Positions 1-11,679 of a stretch of DNA of 64,000 bases are shown here, one piece after another. The translations under genes and the position numbers were made by a program. The notes beneath the pieces are model-generated. The model worked only from the letters and a program-made list of their open reading frames with translations. It was not told the origin of the DNA and made no database searches. Positions within the stretch are counted from its first letter, which is position 1. The number at the start of each line of letters is the position of its first letter. Source of the DNA: Actinomycetota bacterium (GTDB taxonomy: Bacteria; Actinomycetota; Acidimicrobiia; Acidimicrobiales; JAMCPD01); assembly GCA_023379935.1 (NCBI GenBank), contig JAMCPD010000018.1, positions 4,567-68,566 on the forward strand, written 5' to 3'.

Positions 1-3000
1 TGGATCACTCCCATTCACCGGATCACCTCCCGCATATACATAAGGCTGGCCACTTATAGCAACTAGCGGATCAACAGAGGTAAACTGTCCTGTAACAGGG
101 TCGTAGTAGCGGTGTATCAGGTAGATAAGACCTGTTGGATCTGTGTAGCCACCGGCATAACCAAATGGGGTAATAGAGGAGACCCCACCTGAGGTCACAT
201 TTCCATAAGCATTATAGGTTGCTTCACCTGTTAGGTTGCCGGAAGAGTTGAAGGTAAATCTTACTCCTTCAGGATCAGAGTAGAGATAAGTGACAGATGT
301 TGATGATGTCGGGCTAGACAGTGATATCTGTTCTGTTGGTGCAGTTCCTTGAGGTCCGTAGATATAGGCATTTGATCCGTCCATCAACAGCTGATCAGAG
401 AGGGTATTCCAAACAAACTGTTGGCCAGTAGCATCGGGTGAAGTCTCAGACATTCTAAGGCCGTCTGCATTGTATGAATAGGTATAAGAAGCTTGAGAGT
501 TTGGGTTTTGACATGTAGCACCAAATTGGTTTCCCGGAGTGAGGCAGTTCATGTTGCCTCGAAGATCATAACCATAGGTAGTGGAAAGAGAAGAGTTGGG
601 GTTTTGACATGTAACACCAAATTGGTTAGCCGGGGTTGCACAGGTTCTTTCTCCTATCTGGTTGTATGAGTAGGTAGGTATAGTATCGGAAGGATAGTTG
701 GGAGGTGATCCAAGTCCACAACCACTCTGAGCTACCCCAGAAGAAGGTTGCACGGAAGATGAATAACATAGCTCACCCGCTGAATCATAAGAGTTGAAAG
801 TAGAAGGTGATGAAGGGTTTGAAGGGACAATTGAGGTTAGTTGAGAAGCGAGTGAATATCCATAGGATGCCTGTGGCCATGAAGAGGTTACCCTAGAAAG
901 TGGATCATAGCTATATCCAGAACTCATCTGGGATTGAAGTTCTCCGTTTATGAGAACTGTATTGGAACTAAAGCGTCCTGTTACATCTTGGTTCCATCCA
1001 TCTTCTATATACCAGTTGAGATTGCCGGGAGTTCCCTCAGAGATCATATCACCGGTATAGTCATTGGCATTGTCGTATCCCAGCCACTGGCTATCTAAGG
1101 AGGGCTGTGTTGAAGCAGGATAGATGACAGATTGTAGATTACCGTTTGGGTCATATGTGTAGCTTGTTGTATTTGAAAGCCAATCTGTCATACTTGTCAT
1201 CTCACCTGTTTGGTTATATGTGTAGTCTAGCACAGTATTAGAAGGCGATGGGGGTGAACTACAAGTTGGATTTGGTGCTATAGGATATGCAACACAGACA
1301 AGGTTGCCATTGTTATCATATCCATAAGAAACTGTCTTTCCTGCTCCGTCAGTTTCAGACACGAGACGGCCAAGCCCATCATAGCTGTAAGTGGTAGTAC
1401 CGGTTGGATCAGTCATTTGTGTGAGCTGCCCACCCTGGTTGTATTGATAGGTTGTGTTGATTGAAGGAACAAGAGCCAGGGCCATTAACCCAGGTTCACA
1501 AAAAGTATTACTTGAAGTAGCAGCGCTACAAGAGGCTGTAGTAGGTGTACCAATTGTAGCTATAACTTTATCTGTTGTAAGGTTGAGTTCCGATACTGTT
1601 GAGTTGGCAGGATTTGTAACCCAAGCGTGGTCTCCCAAAGGTCCAACCACTATATCAAAGGGGTTGTCAAGTACATTATTAGCGCTACCGGTGATTGTGG
1701 TGATTATTGAATCTGTAGTGGTGTTTATTACAGCAACAGCATTGTCAGAAAACTCCGGTACGTAAGCATAGTTTCCGTTTGGACTAAGTGCAACAGTATA
1801 GGCAGGGGATGGAAGTGACACTGAACTTATCTGACCTGTAGTTGTGTTTATTATATCCAAGCTTCCGGAAGTACCGTTTTGAGAAGTATTGGCCACATAA
1901 AGAGTAGAACCATCTGAAGAGATAGCCGAACCCTCAGGAGAGTATATATTTGGACTTGTAAGCGTTCTACATACAGTATACAAAACACAGGATGTACTGT
2001 TAGAAGTTGAAATTACAGCTATATTACCTGGTGTCGGTCCTACTCCAATAACAGGGACAACGACAATATCTGATACATAGAGCCACTTCCCATCGGGACT
2101 TTCAGTCATTAAAATGGGTATTCCCGGCACTTTTATCGTAGTGACAACGGTGTTGGTGGCAGTTGAAACAACAGATACCGTAGCATTGGACGAATCTGTT
2201 ACATATAAATACTGTGCATTTGGGCTAAGTGATAGGGCAAGGCCTACCGGCCCAGCCGGAGGGGCTGAAGGCCCAGCTATTGGAATCGTATCTGTAACTT
2301 GATCTGTTGCTGTATCGATTACAGATACAGTGTTTCCCTTCCCTTGTCCGTAGTTTGCAACGTATGCTTTAGTGCCATCGGCTGAGACAACAATATCTGT
2401 TGGATCTTGTCCAACTGATATGGGAGTACCGGGAGTAGAAGTGCCGTTTTGAAGGTCCACAGGGGTTACTTGTGCGCCGCCCATGTCGCCAACCAACAGT
2501 TGTTTTGACGGAGATATCGCAAGGGAGCGAACAAGACGTCCTGCTGGATCATAAAAAAAGCCTTGTTGGCTTATTGGGGTTGTTTCACCTGTAAGTTGTC
2601 CGGCAATATCATAGGAATAAGAGGTTGTCCTGGCAAGTGGATCTGTGACAGAGGTTGGAAGTGATGGATATGCCGGGTTGTTGTACTGATAGCTTGTGAT
2701 ATTCCCATTTGGATTTGTTGATGACACCACATTGCCGAGTGAGTCATATGAATAATCAGTAATTGCAGCTTGAACAGTCCCCGATCCATCTGTTACAGAT
2801 GCAAGCTGATCATCCTTGTTGTATTGATAAGTAGTTGTTCCGCTAGGAGTTGTAACCGATAGAACGTTTCCATCTTTGTCATAGGTATAGCTTGTGGTTA
2901 TTCCAGAAGGAGAAGCGGGAGTAGGTGGAGTTGTTGTGCTGGCAAGTTCTCCGGCATTATTGTATGTGTATGTGGTTGTATATAAAGATGGAGGGTCAGA

Positions 3001-6000
3001 AGGTGAGGCATGTTTGTCACAAGTTGAGCTCTGATTTGGCCAATGATTGTTCTTTTTGAAACTCTTGGTAAAGTTTCGATTTGCCTTACAGGTTTTAGGG
3101 ATAGCCACAGATGCCAAAGCTATACTTGTTGGGGTCGGTCCAACAAAGATGTTTGGACCAACCTTGGATGTTTTTAGATTGATTGGCACAAGATTTCCTT
3201 GGATATAAGAGGTCACATATCCGTATCTGTTATCTTTTGAAAGTGAGATCCCAAGCGGAGAAGGAACTTTATAAGATGAGACCTCTTTTATATCGTGACT
3301 TGTTGAGCCTTTCAAACCAAAAATAGAAGCCAACCTTTCAAGTGAATGACAGTAAAAGGTTTCATGTGGCAAGCCGGAGCATTTGTTGGCCACTGCAACA
3401 AGGTGCGAAAGCAGTTTACAGTATAATGAAGATAGAGTTAGGCTGCATTTTGAAGGCAGTTTATAAGTATGTATGGTATTGTCTTTTAGCAACAATACCA
3501 GATTGGAAGAGTAAACGCTGACTGCGATCCTATCGCCATCAATGCCAATTCCGGCAGGGTTAGACCCAACTTGAACCGGTGGAGCGGCAGTTAAAGTTGG
3601 TACTCCATTTTTAGTGTCTGGGATAGATATTGAAACCGGCGTAACAGTACCCGAGAACCAGTTTGTCACATAAGCTTCATTTTGAGCTTCCGCCAAAGAT
3701 GGCAAAAGTGCGCCTTGACCTGTTTGAACTGGAGTTCCAACCTGTTTTGTTACAAGGTTTACAGGAGTAAGTGTGCCTTGATCAAAGTTTGTCACATACC
3801 CATATTTGCCGTTCTTGGATACTGTTATTCCAACAGGTGAGTTGCCAACTTGAATTGGTGTCTCTAGAGTCATGGTCTTTAGATTTACAACTATTAGATT
3901 AGATGAACCTAATCCACCTGTTGCATAGAGGGTACTTCCGTTTGGAGACAGTGCCAACATTCCTTTTATCAAAGTTGAACTTTTTACGTCTTCGGTCCCG
4001 ATATACAAACTATGTATGATCTTTTGGGTCTCAGTGTTTATTACAAAAAGCTCACCGGATGAAAAACTTACAACATACAGTTGCTTTCCGTTTCTGCTTG
4101 CAACAAGTGTGTCCGGGGTAACACCTAAAACAATGGGATTGCCGGTAGTGCAGGTTGAAAGATCAACCGGAACTATTGCATCACCTGTTTTGTCTGCAAC
4201 AAATGCTATCTTTTGCTCACGGCTATGGTAAATATAGGCGGTTTTCCCATGAATGTTCGGGCACCCCTTTTGTGGTGTAACAACGGCAGGCGGAAGAAAC
4301 GGTATACAGGGGGAGTTCCCACATGTGGGGCTGGTTGACGGAGTTGGAACTTGTTGTGTGGTTGAGGTTTGAATTGGCGTCTCTGGCATATTGGTTTGAG
4401 TATTGATGGGAAGTATCACAGGGTCAGAACCGTATTCGGTTACATAAACTGTTGCTCCATTTGGAGAAACCGCCACATCAAAAGGTTCAAAGCCAACAGG
4501 TATGGTGTCTACGACAGAAGATGAGGCCGTAGAAATGACACTTACAGTTCCAGAACCCGCATTTGCCACATATAATGCACCTCCTAATGAACCTCCTCCA
4601 TTTGATGAAACGGCTATCCCAATTGGCCAGTTGCCAACTTTAATTGGAGTTTGTGGCTGATTGTTTGCCAAGTCAATCGGGATAACTTCACCGGATCCGG
4701 TAGAGGTATTTGTGACAGTTGTCACATAAGCCATAGTAGGAGTTGCTGTTATCATAATCGGAGTGCCAGGAAGGCTGATGGGATAGCCCGCGCTCCAAGT
4801 GCCACCGGTTTCTGTAAGGGGAGTGACCTCATCAGACCCAGCATCTGTCACATAAGCCCTGTATGTAGATGAGGTGTTGGTGGAGGTGATAGCTACGTCT
4901 ATGGGTTTTGATCCGACATATATTGCTTGGCCGGGTTGATCGTTTGTAAGATTTATCGGAGTCACGGTACCCGGATCAACATTGTTTACAACAAGTGCAG
5001 ATGTTCCATCCGGGGTAGTTGCAATTCCTATAGGGTTTTCTCCAACCGATATGGGAACATCAGAGGATAGTACAGCAGGTGGCGTAGCGGAATCAATGGG
5101 AGTTATAGGGGTGACCTGTCCGCTTAGCACGTTTGAAACATAAAGCTTTTCTCCAAGATTTGGCACATTTGCAAGTGCTATCATAACCGGGGTATCTCCA
5201 ACTTTTAACGGTTGTCCTGGTTGTCCGTTTGTAAGATTTATTGCGGTTACAGTAGACGAAGAAGTGTTTACAACATAAGCATTGTTGTTGCCCACGACAA
5301 TGCCCGTCAAATTTCCCGATAAGGTATCCGGTAAGCCAACAGACATCAGATAGCCTTTTGGTGATGTAGAAGATGTGACCTGTCCGTCTGCATTGTAAGT
5401 ATAGGTGGTGACATCTCCTTTAGGATCAATTGTAGCGACTATATCACCATGGGTGTCATATTCGTAGCGCCAAACTGCACCGTTTGGATCTGTGATTGCG
5501 GTGACATTAGTAGGATAAGCGGGGTCACCATAGGTGTAGGTGGTTGTTGTTTCTCCTCCCGTACCTCCGTCTTGTATAACAGACGTGAGAAGGTCGCTGG
5601 AATCTTGGAGCGTACCATTGACTATCCCAGTCGTCCCCCCGCCATACAAATACGTCGTTTCCGGCAGTGAAGAAGAGGCGGGAGGGATCACGTCTACAAC
5701 TTCATTATATTGATTATAGGTATAAGTGGTTGTTTCACCATCTGGGTTTGTATAAGAGGTAATATTGCCTTCTAGATCGTAGGAAAGATAGGTCACAGAA
5801 CCGTTTGGCGCAACTACTTGGCACGGCTCCATTACAGACAAGCTATTGGTGTTGGTACCGGGTTGGCATATAAAATAGCCGTAAAACCAGGTGGCCATCT
5901 GGGGGGTACCAACCCCGGTTGCCTCTGCTTCTAAAACATTCCCGTCCGCTCTGTAGAGATAGCCTGTCACAGAGCCATTTGGTAAAACCACAAGTGTGGC

Positions 6001-7416
6001 GAATAATGGTTTTTCATTGGTATCAAAAGGGTGGTCTGAATAGTGGTTTTCTTGATAGTAGTTTTCCAGAGACTGATAAATGGACTGTGCATCACCGATA
6101 CCGTTACTAGGACACTCCGTGGAGTTGTTTTCCGTGAAGTTGTTTGTATTTGTATATAAACTGAACTCACCGTTGTAAGGATAGTAGCAGTAATAGGTTG
6201 TATTTCCATTGCCATCAGTTTGAGAGACAATGGGATAGTAACTACTACTGGAGTAAGAACTACCCAATTCTAACGGTGAACTACCATAGGTACTGCTGGT
6301 GAGGGGTGTTGCGGGAAGGGATATTCCGGAACTGGTTGTGATTGGTTGTCCATCAGGATAAGTTATGGAACTGAGGAGACTGGGGAGACTGGGGGAGTTG
6401 TTGGAAGCGGCGGTGTAGGAAAATGAAGTCAGTTTCCCAAGGGGATCAGTAATGCCGGTAAGTTGATCGCTGCTGTTGTAACTGAATTGCTCAGTACGCC
6501 CCATTGGATCTATCGCCTCTATAACTTGAAAATTTGAATTTTTTACCAAAGTAAGACTTTGGCCACTGGTAATATCGGTGATAACGGTACAGCTGGCAAC
6601 TTCAGAACTTTGCGGCGGGCAGGTATTAACACCAGGAGAGACGGTAGTAAAAGTAGTTGTATTGCCATTCCCATCTGTTATTTTAGAAAGAGTTCCCGTG
6701 TAAGTTCCTACGTTAATGGAGCTTATACCGGTAAAGTAGAAGTTTTCTGTTCCATCGTTACGAGAAAGTACAAAGTATGGCTTGGAATAAAGAAAGGTTG
6801 CTGTTGTAATTGTAGTAGGAGTAGATGATGTGTTTACATTAACAGCAGTCCAGGGCTCCCCAGCGCAAGGAGAGGACCCAACACTCCCAATAGGAATACT
6901 AATGCTTGTTGTGTAGGAAACCTCCGAACCGTTCTCCTGAGTAATTGTAGCTGTACAGTTATAGGTAGTAGAAAAAGAGATAATAGAAGAATAGGTACTA
7001 GGTAACGATGAATTGCTAACTGCATTCACCTGTAGCGTAAGTTGCATTGATAAGTTTGACGAAAAACCAATTCCAAAGGGAGAAGTTGGGGGAGGAGTTG
7101 ATGTGGAACTTGTTTGGTTCAAAATATCTTGGGCTTCAAGCGAGTTGTAGTTAAGGGTAAAAGGGAGGTTGATGCCGGCCACAGGGGCGGTCAAAGCAGT
7201 TTTAATCGAATCAGTAAACTCTCCGTTGAAAGGGTCGCAGTAGTTCACTTGTGGCGAAGTTGGTTGTGGAATTGACTTACCTATCTTGTTCAAAGCCCCG
7301 TTGAGATTGGTATTTGAAGGATTACAAGGCCCATCACGAGGTGTACGATAAACTCCATTTACAAATCCAGTTAGTGAAAAGTGTGAATGTGCTATGGGGG
7401 GGGGGGGAGAGAATCC
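1..7416 (-). CDS. RHS/YD-repeat polymorphic-toxin-type protein body with three YVTN-like beta-propeller blocks. The 3' end lies beyond the window, and the body is separated from its signal peptide by the frameshift at 7396-7407.
   Basis: The minus frame with codon first bases at coordinates divisible by 3 is open from 7416 to 1. It is absent from the ORF track because it meets no stop inside the window; the three listed minus ORFs in this span are in another frame. My translation gives YD repeats (RYEYDTHGDIVATIDPKGDVTTYTYNADGQV; YSYDGLGRLVSETDGAGKTVSYGYDNNGNL). It also gives the RHS core end LIHRYYDPVTGQFTSVDPLVAISGQPYVYAGGDPVNGSDP at 1-150. Confidence 0.8.
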
Positions 7417-7586
7417 TTAACGCTTCCAAGAAGTATGGTTACAAGCATTGTGGCCAAAATGCCACGTATTGATATCGATACGAAAAGACGTATACGAGGG
7501 AATAAGCTTCCCCTGTCTGCTTTAGAATAGTATTGGCTTTGAAATAACTGAAATAACATGGCCCTCTCCTTATTATCTATGAGCAT
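7392..7586 (-). CDS. Signal-peptide-like leader ORF of the RHS gene, ending inside the poly-C tract
   Basis: The ORF track lists 64 aa. PRIRLFVSISIRGILATMLVTILLGSV reads as a basic n-region plus a hydrophobic h-region. The ORF ends LPPPP-stop within the C12 run. One extra C (or two fewer) joins it in frame to the RHS body. Confidence 0.6.
   Translation of the reverse strand: MLIDNKERAMLFQLFQSQYYSKADRGSLFPRIRLFVSISIRGILATMLVTILLGSVKDSLPPPP
7396..7407. repeat. Homopolymer G12 (C12 on the coding strand), the longest mononucleotide run I saw in the window
   Basis: Counted directly: gctat + 12 g + aga. Confidence 0.95.
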
Positions 7587-7906
7587 ATTTTTAAACTATT
7601 TATATTCGCCGTTCATACATTGAACCACACGTTAAATAAACATGATTATGTAATCATACAATTAATTGGTTCAGTTATGCAAATTTAAAATATATTTTTT
7701 TTACAGTTGGCGCGTCTTGCTCAGCTCCTAATAATATCCGCTACATGTGCGACACACGTGGGGTTTAAAGCAAGAAGACCAATTGAGTGTTAGCAGCTGA
7801 TATGGAAGAATATTGTCAAGTCACAATCGCCTGAAACTGGCCATTGACAGCGCCTATATGGTCAAGCGTCACCTCTATGGGATCTGTAGCTACTTCTCTA
7901 CAGCTA

Positions 7907-9075
7907 GTGTACTGTCCACCATATCACCACGCGGTTGTGGTATAATGAGGTATGGCTCATCCACCTGCACCCAAATTGAAACTGTCCCCTACTGATAGGC
8001 GTTTTTTAGAAGAGATATCCTCTTTTCCGTCCCGCCCTCACCGAGAAGTTCCTCAGGCCAAGGGTCTACTCATGGCATCTAAAAGGTATTGCCAATATGA
8101 AAATCGCAGATACTCTCGGTGTATCACGCTCAACTGTCATTACCTGGAGAAAGCACTTTTCAGTAGATGGTGTTAAAGGCATTGGGAAGGTTCGCCCAGG
8201 TCGTGGCAGGAAACCCTCCATTGCACCTGAGATAATAGAAAGAGTTGTCAGAGACACTCAACAGACAACTCCTGTCAAATGCTACCCAGTGGTCAGTTCG
8301 AACTATGGCAGCCCATGTAGGGATATCAAAATCCAAGGTGCAAGAGATCTGGGCATCACGTGGACTAAAGCCCCATCTGGTAAAGACTTTCAAACTCTCC
8401 AATGAGCTTAGATTTTGAAGAAAAGCTTGTTGACGTGGTAGGTCTTTATCTTGGACCCACCCGATAATGCTGTAGTCCTATCTGTAGATGATGAAGTCCC
8501 AGATCCAAGCCCTGGATCGTACTCAGCCGTCACTTCCCATGAAAAAAGGTCGAGCTGTGTTAGCAGCTGGGACTATGACTCATGACTACAAGCGTAACGC
8601 CCACCACGACACTCTTTGCCGCTTTAAATATATTGACAGGCATGGTAATTGGAACCTGTATGGAAAGACATCGACATGAAGAGTGGTTGAAGTTCCTGCG
8701 ACTCATTGACAAAAACATCGACAAAGAACTTGATATCCACCTGAATTGCAGACAACTACGCTACCCATAAACACCCCGAAGTAAAAGCATGGCTTAAAAA
8801 GCACCCAAGGTTTCACATACACTTCCGCTTCAACAAGTTCATCATGGCTAAACCTTATAGAATGTTGGTTTAGAGATATAACAACAAAACGTATAAGGCG
8901 TGGAAGCTTTCCAAGCGTCAACAATCTCATAAATGCAATTGAAGACTATATTGCAATCAACAACGAATCACCTACCCCTTTCACGTGGACCAAAACCGCA
9001 AATGTAATTATCGAGAAGGTAAAGCGTGGTCGTGTGGCCCTTGAGCAAGCGCGTATTATTTAATGAACACTACAC
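7907..9075 (+). mobile_element. Decayed IS630-family insertion sequence (~1.17 kb)
   Basis: Imperfect terminal inverted repeats: GTGTACTGTCCA at 7907-7918 and TGAACACTACAC at 9064-9075 (reverse complement GTGTAGTGTTCA). TA precedes the left end. The interior is filled by IS630-type transposase fragments. Confidence 0.65.
7952..9061 (+). pseudogene. IS630-family DDE transposase, broken by several frameshifts
   Basis: The pieces lie in different frames. They include the HTH part IADTLGVSRSTVITWRKHF, then [39 protein letters not shown] and DNYATHKHPEVKAWLKKHPRFHIHF. The last piece is STSSSWLNLIECWFRDITTKRIRRGSF...TWTKTANVIIEKV. Confidence 0.8.
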
Positions 9076-9173
9076 TGGCGCACAGCCAACTGCATTTGCT
9101 ATCGTATAACAAACAGTTCAACAAACAGTATAGTAATCCACAAGAAGATTTGGATATGGGAGATTTAGATACG

Positions 9174-9932
9174 ATGGAATTAAGTCTGGAAGGAAAAATA
9201 GCGTTGATAACGGGTGCTTCAAGAGGAATCGGTAAAGCGACAGCAGAGCGTTTCTCATCGTCTGGGGCAAAAGTTATGATCACATCACGAAAAGCCGAGG
9301 CAATTGAGGCGGTGGCAAAATCATTACCCGGTGAAGCTCATTGGTTTCAAGCTAACGCAGGAGATGAACAACAGGCAAAAGATTGTGTAGCCGCATGCAT
9401 GGACCGTTTCGGCGGACTGGATATACTGGTCAACAATGCAGCCACAAATCCCTACATGGGACCCATGTTGGAGATTGACAAATCACGTGCCGACAAAACT
9501 TATCAGGTCAATCAATGGGGCCCGCTACTGTGGACAAAATTAGCCTGGGAAGCAGCGATGAAGACAAGAGGCGGGGTTGTCGTAAACCTGTCATCCGTAG
9601 GGGGCATAAGCGTTGAGCCCGGTATCGGATGGTACAATGTGTCCAAGGCGGCCGTTATTCATATAACCAAGCAACTGGCTGTTGAAATGGCGCCAAAAGT
9701 TAGGGTAAATGCCGTTGCACCCGGATTGGTTAAAACTTATATGGCAAAAGCAATATGGGAAAATGCCGAAGACTACATATCATCGATACTTGCACTCGGG
9801 CGAATTGGTGAGCCGGATGATATTGCAAAAGCAGTCCTTTTCCTGGCCTCAGACGCCTCCTCTTGGATGACGGGACATATCATGGTAGTGGACGGCGGAG
9901 CACTTCTCGGCATGCGGGGGGGAGTTAGCTAA
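9174..9932 (+). CDS. Short-chain dehydrogenase/reductase (SDR)
   Basis: TGASRGIG cofactor motif, NNAA, and YNVSKAA (YxxxK). The ORF-track start at 9063 lies inside the IS right end, so ATG 9174 (or 9156) is preferred. Confidence 0.85.
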   Translation: MELSLEGKIALITGASRGIGKATAERFSSSGAKVMITSRKAEAIEAVAKSLPGEAHWFQANAGDEQQAKDCVAACMDRFGGLDILVNNAATNPYMGPMLEIDKSRADKTYQVNQWGPLLWTKLAWEAAMKTRGGVVVNLSSVGGISVEPGIGWYNVSKAAVIHITKQLAVEMAPKVRVNAVAPGLVKTYMAKAIWENAEDYISSILALGRIGEPDDIAKAVLFLASDASSWMTGHIMVVDGGALLGMRGGVS

Positions 9933-9986
9933 AATAACCCCCGGCACTTTCTTACTTGGGCGAAAGGACCGTCTTTGATCTGTTTT

Positions 9987-11576
9987 TTAAAGTACCTTGG
10001 TCTGATGAGCGCTCCAGTACTTGTCGCGTAAGAGATGTTTATGAAGCTTGCCGCTCGGGTCTCTTGGTAAAGTATCGGTAAACTCAATAGAACGCGGACA
10101 TTTGTAATGTGCTAAGTTATCGCGACAAAACTTAGTCAGTTCTTCACCGAGAGCATCTAAGATGTCTGAGACGTTCGGTTTGCCATCCAAAACTGTTGGC
10201 ACTACAACAGCTTTTACCTCCTCACCCATTTCAGCATTTGGAACGCCAAATACTGCTGCGTCTGCAACTTTAGGGTGGGTTATAAGCAGGTTTTCGACTT
10301 CTTGGGGGTAGATATTTACACCACCCGATATGATCATATAGCTTGATCGATCAGTCAGATAAAGATAACCTTCCTCGTCCAAGTGCCCTATGTCGCCCAG
10401 TGTTGTCCAACCGTTTTTATGGCGAGTAGGGATGGTGGAACTTCCGAGGTACTCAAAATCGCCCCCGCCTTCAAAATAGACTAACCCATCTTGACCGGCT
10501 GCTAACTCCTCACCTCCCGCTTCAGCTTGTAGATCCTTTTCACCGTTCGGCTCGTCGGAATCTGCTGGAGCGGCTACTATATGAATCTTACCAACCAAAG
10601 CCTTGCCGACTGAACCTGGGTGAGCCAACCACTGCTTAGAGTCGATAGCAACAAAACCATTCCCCTCTGTTCCGGCATAATATTCATGCACAATAGGACC
10701 AAGCCATTCGATCATTGCTTTTTTGATATCTATAGGACAAGGTGCAGCGGCGTGAACAACACACTCAAGGCTGGATAAGTCATAAGAGCGTCGTTTTGCG
10801 GGGTCTAACCTGAGTAGTCGGATAAACATGGTTGGAACGACCTGGGTATGGGTAACCTTGTACTTTTCTATGGTCGCCAAAAAATCCTCAGGATCGAAGT
10901 GCACCATGGATATGAGAGTTGCACCTATGCGTTGTTGCGCCATAGAGAAACGAAGCGGTGCCGCATGATACAAAGGAGCGGGACAAAGGTAAACCGAATC
11001 GGCATTTTCGCCATAAAGTGCCTGACTCAAAAGAGCAATTGCATCAGGTGCGTCCATTGAACGCCCAACCCGAAGAAGCCTAATTCCTTTAGGCTTACCG
11101 GTTGTACCTGACGAATATAACAAGTCAGCACCCTGTAGCTCACCTTCCAATACGGCATCATCGGCTATGTTGGAAATCTTTTCGACAAGTTCATCCACCA
11201 TCTCAAGCTCTCCTGTCAGTCGATCCGCCAGTCTGGCCTCCGGCGTGTTTAGTTGATCGAAGCAAACATCTGATATCACTATCTTGGCTTTGCAGTCGTT
11301 TGCTATGTAAGCGGTTTCTTCGGGACTGAGATGTGTGTTGATTGGTGTGTAGTAAAGTCCGCTGCGTGCACAAGCCCAAGCTATTGAGAAAAACCGGAGA
11401 CTGTTGGGAAGGATAAAAGCCACGTTATCACCTTGTGATACTCCCCGAGAACGCAGCCATAATGCCACTTTTCTTGAGTTTTGTTCCAACTCTTTATAGG
11501 TCAGAGTTTCCCCTGTGTCGGCCATAACGCAAGCGGGGGAGTCAGGTTTTGTTTTTGCATATGTTCCCGGATACAT
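9987..11576 (-). CDS. AMP-dependent synthetase/ligase (acyl-CoA synthetase family)
   Basis: YSSGTTGKPKG AMP-binding motif, and GWTTLGDIGHLDEEGYLYLTDR. Confidence 0.85.
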   Translation of the reverse strand: MYPGTYAKTKPDSPACVMADTGETLTYKELEQNSRKVALWLRSRGVSQGDNVAFILPNSLRFFSIAWACARSGLYYTPINTHLSPEETAYIANDCKAKIVISDVCFDQLNTPEARLADRLTGELEMVDELVEKISNIADDAVLEGELQGADLLYSSGTTGKPKGIRLLRVGRSMDAPDAIALLSQALYGENADSVYLCPAPLYHAAPLRFSMAQQRIGATLISMVHFDPEDFLATIEKYKVTHTQVVPTMFIRLLRLDPAKRRSYDLSSLECVVHAAAPCPIDIKKAMIEWLGPIVHEYYAGTEGNGFVAIDSKQWLAHPGSVGKALVGKIHIVAAPADSDEPNGEKDLQAEAGGEELAAGQDGLVYFEGGGDFEYLGSSTIPTRHKNGWTTLGDIGHLDEEGYLYLTDRSSYMIISGGVNIYPQEVENLLITHPKVADAAVFGVPNAEMGEEVKAVVVPTVLDGKPNVSDILDALGEELTKFCRDNLAHYKCPRSIEFTDTLPRDPSGKLHKHLLRDKYWSAHQTKVL

Positions 11577-11679
11577 AGTATTAATGATAGCCTGGTTTCA
11601 CTATGGTGGTTTTATGGATAAAAATATCGGTATAGGTCGGTGAATACGCTGATGTGCCACATCATGCTATGAGTACACT

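Noticed and set aside
7787-8569. 13-bp direct repeat GTGTTAGCAGCTG at 7787-7799 and 8557-8569, considered as IS ends or an insertion scar
   Set aside because: Matches of this length are expected by chance many times in 64 kb. The better-supported inverted repeats are at 7907 and 9064.
9063-9173. ORF-track start of the SDR gene at 9063
   Set aside because: This stretch is the right inverted repeat and flank of the IS630 remnant. The SDR fold begins just after ATG 9174.
11577-11679. Possible T-box leader upstream of tyrS
   Set aside because: The region is about 100 nt, too short for a T-box, and has no T-box consensus sequence.
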